From NCBI GenBank assembly GCA_000934665.2, contig KZ537959.1:124001-188000 (forward strand): a stretch of DNA of 64,000 bases. The letters run 5' to 3'. The position numbers were made by a program, and so were the translations under genes. Under the pieces are notes generated by a model. It was not told the origin of the DNA. It worked only from the letters and a program-made list of their open reading frames with translations, and did no database searches. This DNA is from Catajapyx aquilonaris. Lineage: Eukaryota. Below are positions 37,001 through 49,862 of this stretch, in pieces (position 1 is the stretch's first letter; every line of letters starts with the position of its first letter).

Positions 37001-38659
37001 TCACACTTGGACACGATCACAGTAGTAATCCGGGTATACGTAGTTCCCGAATCATCTATCTGTAAATGCCACGGTTTAGCTGTGGGGTGTAATGAAGATG
37101 GAACCTGGAAACCCCGTTGCTTTTTCTGGGACACGTTGTAGAATGCAATATCCAGTTGTAAGAACTCTAATTGAGAAGGATTGTGTATTGTATACTCATA
37201 ATAATCCATAATCTCAATTTTCTGTAATTTGCTTTAATGCATCCGATCCTGTAGGATTCGCTTGTATGAATGCAGAATTAGGAAAACCATCCAAACACAG
37301 CATACGTGTATGGTTTTTTTTTTAACAGGTCGAGAATTTTCTCATAATCTGGGTCAGTGTAACGCGCCCTATCTGTCGAACATATTCATAATACAAAATT
37401 ACTGAGAGTACTCTTGGAGCTGTTCCGCTAGACACCAGCGAAGTGTCATGAATATGTCATCACTGTAATCGCTAATGCTGCTGGCCATGAATCCGAAGGG
37501 GAATCCTGAATGAGTGTAGGGACAATTAGTAACTTTGACATAAGTATCTGATATTCTCGGTGCAGTGTCACTATCGATTTCCTTTGTTAAAGTGAATAAA
37601 ACCTTCTTAAAAATAAATCAATTGACGTGACTGAAATATTATTCAGTTTGCAGTTTGCAGTATCGAGTTTCAGTCACCTATAGAACTGACAAGCACTGAC
37701 GGTAGCACATTGGTAACACTTGAGGGAGCAGTAGCTGTCTGTGGCAGATGACAACTGTACTTTGTAGGTTTTATATTTTCATATATAAAATGGAGGTAAA
37801 TGAAAAAGTCAAAAATGCAGAATATCGTGCGGGTAATTTCGGATACACGCGGTATTAAAGTTTAAAATTCTGTACTCGAGTTCTTGGCACGGAAGTGGCG
37901 CCTTTTCATGCCAGAATCGAGGTGCCACATTTGAAATGGCGCACCACAGAGTTTTTCTAATATATACTGAACGAATTAAAAATCAAGTAGGCCTATATTC
38001 AGAGATGCAGAATAACATTTGTAAATGTTCCCCCTCAGCCACTCGGCATTAGCGGAAAAGTAATTTCAGAGCAAGTTTTTTAAAAATCTATCTTAACTGT
38101 ATCTTAAATATAATTTGTAAAGTCACGTGGAAAAGAGGCCTTTAAAATTATTAAAAAGGACTCGAGCCATATAATATATTAAGACTAGTCTAATTAAATA
38201 ATCGTGCTCGTTGCAAAAGGGAATTAAGGCTTTCTCTGTACTAAAATGAATAGGAAAATTGTCATGTTGCTGAGTAAGAGTAATGCAATTATTATGATTA
38301 GGACTGTGGGGCTTACACCCATAATGCGTCCTACGTGAGTTTACGGTGCTTTGCTCGTTTTATACCTGCTGCAGTCCTCGAGGGCAAGTTGGATAGTACT
38401 GTATTTTGTTTGCGCCGTCTTCAGATTGCCCTACATCCGAGGCACACGGCTCCCAAGTGAATGCAGCCATTCTACGTGTGCATGATCAAATGAGGATTGG
38501 TGGAGGTTGTCGAAAAACAGCCTGATTGCATATATAGGGGAACTCTGGAAGTGGTTATCATTGTTTGAATTCATTGCGGAATGTTGTTGAGTGTATTGAG
38601 CGAATTGGGATCTTCAATTTGTGTTTATAATCGTAGCCAGTATTTTTTTATTTTTTTGC

Positions 38660-38820
38660 GTTGGGGAAAATCCATAGATTTATTAATGGGACTTGGGCGA
38701 TTAGGCAGAGGAGATAGAACGTGGTGGCATACAGTGTTGAGTTTAAGCACTATTGCAGTGAGACTATTGGATAATAGTCGACGGGAGATTGTGGTGGCAG
38801 AGTCTGTTGAAATGGGCTGA
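38660..38820 (+). mobile_element. Possible highly decayed CR1-type LINE ORF2 C-terminal fragment
   Basis: The translation ...RTWWH...AVRLLDNSRREIVVAESVEM loosely parallels the CR1 ORF2 C-terminal pattern (TRGH...VVxxWNxLPxEVVxAxSV). It sits in an AT-rich block. The similarity was judged from memory only. Confidence 0.25.
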
Positions 38821-41817
38821 AGCCATCCATGTGACACTCGTGATCTCAAATGATTTGCAACGCTATGCTCGGCTGTTCAATTCCATCACACACTTCCGAT
38901 GTAATCATGTGTTCTTACGTCAGCGATCATGTTTGAATCCGTGTTGTCGTATCACATTACATTACTTCATATCATAGGGCTACCGTGAATAATTAAATTG
39001 CGTAGGTTACAATATGAGCCACTTCTACTAAACAAAGCCATGCCCTCATAAGACCTTTTATAGAGTTTGTTTGCCTCTTGCTATGAATTTGTGGCAATAC
39101 AGTGATATGGATACTTTCTGCAGTTGACTCTTATTGCAAGTATCATTTTTGTCAAGATAAATGGAATGTCTTGGCTTGGAAATTTTGCAATTGAAGCCGG
39201 AGAGTCGTCGTCTAACTAGTAAGGAGAGGTCTTCAAAGGTACCCTCAGTGTTGCAACAAAAGAATGTGACAAGTCACCATTCATTTTTGTGCTGTATTTC
39301 AGGGTATCATTGGGAGATGAAACATGGATTAAAATTTTGCTTCCGTTGTAATCCCAAGTCATTTCAAACACACCATGTGTTTAAAAATAATAATTAGAAA
39401 CCTTACAGCAATCTTAGCTTGCACAATTTATGTACGACACTGCCAAATTTACAGGCATTGTTATGGGCCCATGATCCTACGTTTGAAAGACCGAAATAAT
39501 AGTTTAATTGAGCAATAAGTTAGCGGTGGAAAATGTTACTTTCTTAAGGAGGCCTTATTTGATGTAGATATACCTCGTTTATGAAGAGAAGCTATTATAA
39601 TACCTAGCAATGAATTTAAACGTGGTGAAACATAAAATGGTACATAACGATACATTGTTGGCTTTGTATCAGGGAGACATTTTGCAAGTATTTCGGATTT
39701 GATATTTGTAGGAGGCGTAGATTTTTAAAGCTTGGTGTTACGGGTGCCATTGAGCAGGCCCACTGATCCGGGAGACCACGAGAAATGCCAGAGAGATGTA
39801 ATGAGTCACTCTGGAATGTGATGTCAGTTTTAAAAATATGTACCTTCATGATGACAGTGAGGACATTTTCCCTTGTATTCATTTCAAGTATGACTGAATT
39901 CTTTAAAATTAGTATTATGGAAGTGAAAAAAGAAAACAGTTTATACTGATCTAAATGTGTTCACGGCAGATGAATGTCACGGGTTTATTCTGACACCAAA
40001 CTGGAATTGAACTGGCACTAATCCGTTTTTTTTTATCTCTTCGCCACCACTCTGTTTACTCACGTACAGTGCACTGGTAAACAAGCTTAATTGGCATGCA
40101 TGAAAAATGTACTAACCCGCACTTACCGATAATTTGGGATATCGTAGCGAACCAAGTCGATGTCCTCATCAGCCAGCAACCACTATACATAAGTATAACT
40201 ACTGTAAATACATTGCACATTGCTTCTTCCTGTTCCTGTGTAGAAAGAAAACTTGTTACCATACCACTTCCAGCCTTGCCTTTCATCCTGTGAGTTAGGT
40301 AACCCGTGCGCCTCAATTGTTTGGCGGGATGGTCTGGTTGGCAGGGGCTCAGAAGAATATTAGACTCCAGAGAAACCCTCACTTATCATTAGGCTTTCCT
40401 GTAGTCAGCTTGCCACCACTTAGGAACAAGTTAGAGTGTGTTTGATCCGACTGACTGTAAGGTTAATAGGGAAGTTGTTTCTGAATGTGTACCTTTTACT
40501 CATTGCGGAGGGAAATGCTATTCAAAAAATTGAACTAGAAGCCACTCATCTTGACGATATGAAACAGTGTTTCTCGCCATGATGGGTGTGGTTGCACAAA
40601 AATGTATACAGTTACAGGCAGGCGGTGTAGTGAATTCGAGCGGCTTTAATATAATCTCACCAATTGCAGGGGTATGGTTTCGAAGTGTAAATTGACATAA
40701 ACCAACTGCATTTTTTTTTTTTTGAACTGTAACCTACAGTTCTATTCTACATGTTGTGTACATTAGCCAGCTATTATACATCGCATTGGTAAACATTTCT
40801 CAATTACATGAGTGTTAACAGGAAGCAACTACTAAATTTGGCAGATCTATTTAATTTGCTCGTGTGCACTCCTCCCCTTCCCCCCAAAAAAGGGAGGAGG
40901 AAGAGGGGTGCGATATTACGTGGTAAGTTTGGGAATGGGTCTAACACGCATTCTTCCCAAATGGAACGTGGCGTATGACATATATTTGATTGAATCCTAT
41001 ATGAATAAAGTTCCAGCCATTCTTTGGTATAGGAAACGTGTGCTGAAGTGCTGGTAATTTTGCTCGGAATTCTTTGCACATTTCTAGGAATTTATTAGAT
41101 GCAATGGACTTGTAAATTCAGGTGCAGTCGAATCCTTAATATTTGACTCGACGTATACGCATTACCTGGGTTGTGAATAATGGATAACAAGTGAGATTAT
41201 TGAGTTGTGACATTTTGTCGAGATACAAACAGGTATTTTTAAAACAGAATCAAAGTCAGGTGTGAAAAAATATGTACTTACTAACATTTCACACCCCCTC
41301 CCTGTTTCCCCAATCTGTCAATATTGTGAATGTTGTCTCGCTTAGAAGTTTGTGCACGTGAAAGATTGAGAAGCTGTGATGTACAGGACGTACCATTAGC
41401 ACGGTGCAGACACAATTTTGAAGTAAGTGGTGTCAGAAGCCCGTAATTTAGTCGCAAAGGTCTCTCACCTTGGAAGTTCAACTTTGAGCCGAGCCGATAT
41501 TGGGTGAATGTAGGCTAAGTAGGTTATTCGGAACTTTCCATCCGAAAAGTAGTAAGCAAATAGCGAGAGTGGGGACCAGGTGCGGCCCGGAGAAATTAGG
41601 TGTGAAAGTTTCGCCAATCTTGTTTCATTGTTTGTTTTTTATGCCGTCGGTGACGGTCGTTTGTTTTTGGAAAAGGCCAAGCAGCTGACGTCCTGCGGCG
41701 ATGGATTTGGTGGGACTAAATCACTGCAAACAAGCCGTGTTTGCTCTGGTTTCGATGCTTCTACGTGCTCACATCATACATGGATGCGCTTTTTCCCCGT
41801 GTGCGCCCTCCGATAGC

Positions 41818-41838
41818 TAGATAGATAGATAGATAGAT
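41818..41838. repeat. (TAGA)5 microsatellite
   Basis: Direct reading of the sequence. Confidence 0.9.
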
Positions 41839-43806
41839 GGGTAGGTGGTCGCTATTGGACAAATGCATCTATTTGCCAATTGAATGGTGGTAACGAGCGA
41901 GCCGCTGTTTATTTGTATTCTGGTTTGCCAAACACGCAGCGAATGATGAGAGCAAACAGCACTTTTGCCTGCTGCAACCTGAGCCAAAGGTCCATTCATC
42001 CACCAAAGGGAAGATCCTCCACTTTCTTATTAGCGTGCGGACTGCGCCAGGCGAGCCTCCCCCCTCTTTCGCTCCCTCCCTCTCTGCTTTCCTCCCACCC
42101 ACCCATCCCCCCCCCCCTAGTTCCTCCTTACCTACCCTCCCCACCCTTTGGCTTATCGATCCAGGAGGAGAGAAAACTTGCATACATATCCCGTCTGCTG
42201 CTACTTTATGCTCACGGCTCCTTAATAAGCGCCTTAGCAGCACTGCAATGAGCGCAGAATTGAATGTGTTTGGCCCGGCCAACGCAGGCTCATGTTACAC
42301 ACGCCTCTGAGGTAATCAACATTCATCAAGCCACAAGTCGGGGGGACTCTTCTTTCACGCCTTTTGCAACTGGAGGTGGGATTACGCCTGCCTGGATAAT
42401 CCCTTTCCAGATCCAGCTTATTAACCGGTGGGGCCAAGATCTCTCCTCCGTGCAGCGTAGCCAGGACCGTGTCATTTGGCAAAGTGGTGGCTCCTAATTG
42501 GGAAATGGTAGCCGCAGTCATACGTACTCATAGAATGCCATACGTGGCATCCATTCGGAGCCTCTGTGTCCTCAGGCGTGGACCCTCGATTAATTAGCCC
42601 GTATATAGTAGAAAGAGCGGTGGGAAAATGAAGTGATGTCCGCGTGCTTGTCTTTGCACCGGATCGAACACCCCCATCCCTGGGTGTACTATATGCACAT
42701 AGCCGAACGTTTCCCTGGGAAGTGTCGCGGATGTGGGTCTGTCCGACTGGCTTGCCTTGCCGCACCAGGTAGAATGGTGTGGGTGTAATTTAGGGGGAGG
42801 GGAGGGGGTGCAGTGCATAATGGGAGCGGGGTGGCCCCCGAGACTCATTGTGCTCAGTGTTGCATGCAAACTCGGGCTAATTAGCAGGCGACCGAGTAAT
42901 AGCCCGACCCCCTCACGATGCCAAAAGCCAAGACATAAGTCACGAGGCCGGCGGGCTGTGATGTAGGGAGGGAGATTTTGATGGGGAAAAAAAACCCACC
43001 CCCCTTTGGTTTAGTTGTTTGAAGGGCGTGCACGGTAGGGGGGACGTGTCTCGCGGATTTCTGTGAGGCAAAGCACGTGCTGCGCTGGAAGGCAAAGTCC
43101 CCTTCCTGTCCACCTGAAATTGAATATGTTGGCTGGATGGATGGCTAGCTCTGTTTTCTCCCGCTAGTCTTGGTCAATATTGTCTTGCTCAGAGTGGGAT
43201 CTTTTGGGTGGGGAGTATAGGATGAAAACGCCACAAGTCATGTCAGCAAATACACTTCCGGGTGCTTTTATTAGCGGTCATGGCTGATACACATAAGGCC
43301 CGATGGTTGGACTACACGTGCCGGATGCGCCACGAGCAAAAAAGGTTATCTCTACATTTGCGTCGGAATACCGACCGGCTGCAAGCGGGGTTTGACCAAA
43401 GATGTCGGGATCGTTTTTTCTTTCTTTTTTTGTTGTAGAAAATAGCAGGAGTGTCGACAGACAGACGGATGCTCAGAATGCCAACTACAGCTGGTTGAAG
43501 GGGACCAAATGCCTCCATTTCTCCAACAATTTGGCCCGGATTCAACCAGCTAAAGCCTAGCACTGTTCTCTCTTGCCTTTCCTGCCTCCCGGCTTCCTTG
43601 CCTCTCTGCCACCCTTTCTCTCTCTCTCACCTGCAGCCGGCGCCGCACTCACTCACGGTGCACCTCACTATAATGCGGGATTCCTCACTGCGGTTCCTTC
43701 ACAACACCACTTTGCACTCACGGCACGTTTCACACGCGAGTCACCATGTTGCACTAACACACTGGTACGGCCTGGAACTAGCCACAAGCACTAAGGTTGC
43801 TTCCAT

Positions 43807-43887
43807 CAGCCAGCCAGCCAGCCAGCCCCTTCTTCCTTCCTTCCTTCCTTCCTTCCTTCCTTCCTTCCTTCCTTCCTTCCTTCCTTC
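43807..43887. repeat. Compound microsatellite: (CAGC)5 then (CTTC)14
   Basis: CAGC x5 at 43807-43826 and CTTC x14 at 43832-43887. It explains the FLPS/RKEG-repeat ORFs. Confidence 0.95.
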
Positions 43888-44088
43888 TCCATCTGGGGTC
43901 CTGCTGGTGGAGCGGTGCAGAGACGTGTGTGTGGAAGTGGACGCTTAGGAGTGCAATGCACGTACGGCTTTTCCAGGGGGGTTGTGGGGGTGGGTGGATG
44001 GGGTGGGGGGTGGAAAAATCCCCCACAGCACGCTCGGGTATTGATTTTCGCCTCCTCTCCTACCCACACTTGTTCCTTCTCCATCTCT

Positions 44089-44124
44089 CTTCTTCTTCTT
44101 CTTCTTCTTCTTCTTCTTCTTCTT
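44089..44124. repeat. (CTT)12 microsatellite
   Basis: 36-bp perfect run. It explains the poly-S/L/K/R ORFs. Confidence 0.95.
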
Positions 44125-47100
44125 GGCCGGCTTCTTGGGCACACGTCCTAGTGGAGGGCCGTTTTAGTGGACACCACATCGGAAGTGGACTAGAAAGAGG
44201 CTGGGGAGCACTTTTGCAGGGAAGGTGATCGGGTCAGAGAGAGTGGACGGAAGAGGTAGAGGAAGAGGGCGGGGGGAGGAGGTGGAAGGAAGGAGGGGAG
44301 GAGGTGGTGGAGGAGAACGGACAAGAAGAGCTTGCTGGGTGCAGACTGCCGCACTGCACTGGTGGATGGGGCCGGCGCTGCCAGGAGCGCACCTCGCCCC
44401 CCGCCCCATCCCCGCCCCTCCTTCCACCCCCACCCCCTACACACCCATCCTCCTCCGACTGCCCCGCCCTCCTACCGACAGCGGCCTGGCCCGACACTAG
44501 CCCCCGACGACGACGGTCGACCCGAGCTGCCAATTCCGCCGCTGCTCCTGGCCCATATGCAACCCATCCAGCCTTCTCCTTCCTTGTCTCTCTCCACTGC
44601 TGGGTCAAGATCGAGAAATGCCGGCCCGGCCTAATTTGGGCCCACATTCCCCCCACTCCCTCCCTCCCTCCCTCATCTCTCCCCCTACAACCCTGCGTGT
44701 ATTTATGTGAAGAGAAGGCCCACACCCTCCAGCTACCCCCAGCCCCAGCCAGCCACTCTTTTCCTTCTCTCTTCCTCGACACCATTTTTAGACCCGGCAA
44801 GACGAGAAGGCCTCCCCTCAAATCCCATCCCGTCCCATCTCACTTCCGCCTTCCTTCTCTACTTCCGCCCGTCTCTCCTTGACCCTTCGGCCTCCTCACA
44901 GGGTGGGACACTACTACATGCTGCACAGTGGCATGGAAAATTCCTTTCTTTAGAGAACCTTCTTCAGCAGACCGTCCGGCTCAAAATAGGGAAGTGGGCG
45001 AAGAAGGGTCGGATTTGGGATTTAGAGCTCCGGAAATCCCGGATTGCCTTTCGGGCTACATGACAAGTAGTAAGCTGGCAGAGCGCTGCTGATGAGATTG
45101 AGGTTTTGGCCGCAGTCCGATGGCCGCTCATTTTTTAGGCGTTCCGCTGCTTTATGACTTGGGTTGGCGAGCCTCATAAGCTGATTGGAACGCGAAGGAA
45201 ATTAAGTTACGACCTTTTTCCCCGCGCCCAAAATCTGCGATAGAGCCATCGCGCCCATTTTGGGGCCGCGATTTATGCCGCAGCTGCCGCGCCGGAACAT
45301 CACGATCAGGGGATTCGATAGGATTGCCCCGTCACGCCCTTCCCTCCCATGCCCTCCCAAATTATGACCGTGACGCAGTGCGTCTGAGGGCCGACACAAT
45401 TTGATAGTGTGTATGCTGGTGTGATGTCATTTGCAAAGATGGAAGCGCCTAAGTTTAACTCGGGGCGAGGGGATCCATGACAGCAGCTGCTGGGGGTGCT
45501 GCTGCTGCCGCATTGTTACAGTGTGCAACGCGGACTCGACACACACACTCACTCACGCACGCACATGTGGTGGCTGGAGCCAAGCAGCAGGGGAAGAAGG
45601 CGGCTGCCTCCCATTACTATATTTAGCCCGAGTAACACGAGCCCAGACACATAACCTCTGCGCAGGCTCACTCGATGGACACACTGACGCGTGCCTGCTT
45701 TCAACCACCGACCCACTAAACGACCAACAAGAAAATAAAAAAATAAAAAAAGGTCGCAAATAGGAAACACGCACGGCCTTGCCCTCGAGTAAGGTGAACA
45801 AACCGGCGCAAAACAGGAGTCGACTACTCCAGAGTAACATGGCTGTGGATGGGAGTTAACAATACATTAATTAATAGGGCGTGCAGGTGATTGAATGGAA
45901 AAGGTCGCCGTCCACGCCCACCCTTAATACCTGGGCCTCGCCCTGTGTGGCCGACGCCCCACCTGGGCTGCCCATCAGTTATGGGCAGTTTGAATCGTGG
46001 TCAAAGAGTACCCGCAGTAGGTCGAGTCAAGTACTACTAGGAAGAAATTGAAGCATGCCAAGAATCTCCCCTTCTTGCACCTCATCCCCAACATATTGAA
46101 GCAGAGCCTGTTTTTAGACCGGTGGGGAGAGGGGAGGGGAATGGAGAGGGGGAGAGAGAGAGCCCCAGCTGGCAAGTCAAGACCATGCACAACGTATGGT
46201 AAAAGTGGCTTCTTACGTAACTTAACCTTCTTTTCCCATTTCTGTACAGACACTGATCACATTCCTCCTACCGTTTCCTTATGTCTTGGAAGGAAAGATA
46301 TGCGTCTGGGTCTGGCTGGGTATTGATGACTGCTGCAGCCTAAATGGGAGATAAGCTGGCGTAGATTAAATGGCACGGTACTGCAACTGTCATTTAGTTT
46401 TAGTTAGATCAGTGTTTTGCGTCAACACGCGTGTCACTGGCGAATTTAATGGAGTGCACTTTCAGTGCAAGAGTAATGGCATTGCATAATGTACCGTATA
46501 TGATACCGCTAACATTACCACGATTTGCCTGAATCCTGACTAGATTTCTATTGCGTATCCTTGTTATTGTACTGTTTACTGGTATACGTCGACTTCGAAA
46601 TGAGCCTTATTCTGTATACACATGCATACCGAGCCTCGTGAGGCTCTGATAGCTCTGGCCTATTTGGCTTTAAAACCATAGCTGCAATGTGCAGGAAAGT
46701 CGCGTTTTGTTCTCCCTTACTGAACGTTGCAGGTACAAATATTTTTGATATGGATAATACAGCTTCTGTACACTTAAAGGTCTCTGCATTTTATGTGAAT
46801 TTCTTGACAACATTACTGTGAGGACCATTTTATTATTACTGTACATGTAGTACAGTTTGGATGTCAATGAGTGGACTGCAATCTTGATACCTTTTCTTTG
46901 AAAACAGTTATGTTGAGAGGTGAATTAAAATTGAGAGAAAGAACTGTAGTGTTTGCTTGTGTATGCATATAATTGTGATTGTCGACTAACTGCTCCAGAT
47001 ATTTTACCTTTGATGCTTTCAGAAAGATACAGATATACAGTATACATGTAGATTAAATGTTGAACAAAACGTTACATAATCAAGTGGTGTGCTTTATCCA

Positions 47101-49830
47101 GAGGGATACTACTTTTTAGTGTGAATACCGGCTTGTTATTGGATGTGTTGCCCTGCAGTGATGACTACAAAGTAGCTGGGCAAGTCTCTGAACTTCTTCA
47201 GTGTAATGCGCGTGAATAGAGTAATTCGAGAGAGAAGAAGCGGATACTGTGCATAAGGATGGGAATAAGCGTTGCAAGAATTTTGTGAAAGGTAGGCCAT
47301 CAATTGGACCTTTTGTGGCGCTGCATGAGCAAAGACTGTAGACAAAGGGAAAGCAAAGAAGAAAGAGAATCAATCGATAGGCTTGAGACTCGTTGATTCC
47401 AGCTGAGGAATGTGAATGAGCTCTCCCCAGGGATATAGGATTGGAATGGTGAAGGTTGGGGGGTAGTGGTAAGGAGGGGTAAAGCGGGCTTAGCCTCCCA
47501 ACTTTGCCTTTCTTCGAGACAGTGGATGCTCCATCCCCAAGGAAAGCATTGGGCCTTGAGAAACCGACAGTGCCCTTTGAAAACAAAAACTTTCTTAATT
47601 CTCACGGTAGTCCATTGCACATGCTGTCTGTCTGGCTGCATATGGTATATGCCGAACTATTCCGATCGTTTGTGTACATCCAAAAGTGCAGCGGCAGAAA
47701 GCACTCTGGTTGAAAAGGAGACGAGAGTCTGAGCATGGCTAGGAAGATATTTAGCTTATGAAAACGTGGTTCACGCTCCAAAGGCCTATTTGATGCTAAT
47801 CGGCCGTGGCTAAGCAAACAGGAGGTTTGTGCGGCAGAAAAGGAAGCCTCCTTGCGGCTGCAAAAAGGGAGAAACGGGGTGGGGTAGGGAGGAGGGGGCA
47901 GGGAGAAATTCCGAGGATCCTCGATCCAGAAGAGCTTTGCCCCGGATATTTACATTCGGTATACTGAGATGAATTTCTAACGTCCTGCCGGAAGGTGGTT
48001 GGGTGGTGGAGGTAAAGGGGTGGGTCGTTGGAGATAAATCCGATGCCGTGCTCCGGGGAGGAAATGTTAGCCTGGCAGTTGCTAGGCAAAACTCCCTCAC
48101 ACTCGACTCTCCCGTCACTTTATTAATGCAATTTTTATGCTTGGCCGCCGGATTGCTTGCTGTTTACTCTCGCCTAGAACAAACCTCTGGTATGAAACAG
48201 GCACGCATCAAGTTGGCACCAAGAATTTCTTTTTGCCCTCCCTAACGACTAGCTAATGAGCGCCCGCCTCTACGACAAGAAGACATTTGGAGTGGACCCA
48301 TACAGGGCCGGTTTACAGCCCATCCTGTAACGGAGTTTGCTAGGATTTGTAGCCCCTAACGCAGGCCGAAAATCTGGCGGCAAATAATGTGTGTAATGTG
48401 TGGCACTCGGTGTGGCATCAGCATCAGGCGTCACGTAGGGATGCGAGTGAGAATGGATGCGAACGGGATGCAAATGCAGGCGAGCATTGTAGCTAGCTGG
48501 CTGGCCATCATGTAGGAGCTGCCATCCATCCTACTTACGACCCGAGTGGAACGTCTCGCTCGTTCTCATTATTCCCAACTCCGCGCTTATCATATTGAGG
48601 CTATGTCCGCCATGAACAAATGGAGCTTCGTGTCCAACAGCTCCATCTTGGCGATGAGCCTGCGCCGACCGACCGGCAACATTGTCTGATTGGGATGTTG
48701 TGTTAAAGAGGGTGCTGGGGGGATGGGAGGGAGGGAGGGGAGAGGGAGAGGGGGGCCGTAACAAGGCGTTAATGACAAGTAGCACGCACTCATCCTATTG
48801 TTCCGGGAGCGCCCCCCGGATATTGCGCCCGGAGGATTATTGCGCAATTACCCGCTTCCTTCCTGGCAGATCCTGGAAATGGCGGGCCCCCGGAGGAGAC
48901 GGAGGAACAAGCGCCTCTTTCTTGCACCAACCACGCCTTTAAAACATAATTTAGGATCTGGGCAGACGTGGCAACGGCCTATGATTCCGGATATAAAGTT
49001 AATTAGACGGCCGAGCAGGAATTTCTCTCCGGGAGAGCAAAGAGGTAGAGTTTGCTGCTGCTGCCGCCGGCGGCGGCAGATAATTATAGTGTGCAGGACC
49101 AGCTACCAGTCCTGGCTGCGGAGGAGGGGCCCAAAGACTACTTTGGCCCTATATATTTCCGATTGAAGTAATCCCCGATGAATTTGCCCGACTGGGTGAC
49201 CCCCGATAAATCAGGATTGTGCTGGCGTTGGTCTTCCAGGAGCCGCCTCTACTTGGCCACTAATGGCCTTTTTCATGCAGCACAACACTTTGCTCTCATC
49301 CCAATAAATTACCGCCTATTTTCCTGGAGCTGGGGGTGTTGATCACATTTTGCCTGGCCCACTGTGTCGAGCCAGTCTGATTTATGCCTCCAGCAGATAG
49401 CGTCCCATTGCTCGACTCAGATCGACTGCTAGTGCAGCGGCTGGAATTTGCGTCTTTTCAGTGGCAGGACACGGTAGTGAACACGCTGACAGGGCTCCAT
49501 TCCCTGGCCTAGATGAAATGCCGTACTTTGATAGCGAGCTCACTACTGTTCTGAATAATTCCGTACCAAATCGAACCCGGATGGGTGAAGCTAACTAAAT
49601 AAATGGCAGTCTCAGGATATATACGCGGGCATGAAATATTTTGGTGGTGCAGCTGCAAGCTCGTAAAGGGGGATGTTGGGGGTGGAGGTGGAGGAGCGGC
49701 AAGGGAAAGAGAAATTTTTCTTCCAAGTCACGGGCATTAAGGGACAGGGGGCTTGGTCATTGAAAATTCCATTCCCGATGCCCAAGCTCTGCATCCGGAG
49801 CCCAATGTGACTGGAATAATCTCTCCACTC

Positions 49831-49831
49831 G

Positions 49832-49862
<31 letters not shown>
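49831..49862. repeat. (GCCT)8 microsatellite
   Basis: 32-bp perfect run. Confidence 0.93.

Noticed and set aside
43573..44882. Cluster of long overlapping Pro/Gly/Arg/Ser-rich ORFs
   Set aside because: Stop-poor low-complexity sequence and microsatellites leave several frames open on both strands.
46537..46560. TGACTAGAT miR-279-family-like 5' end (also at 56415)
   Set aside because: Only ~9 nt match and no complementary arm forming a pre-miRNA hairpin.
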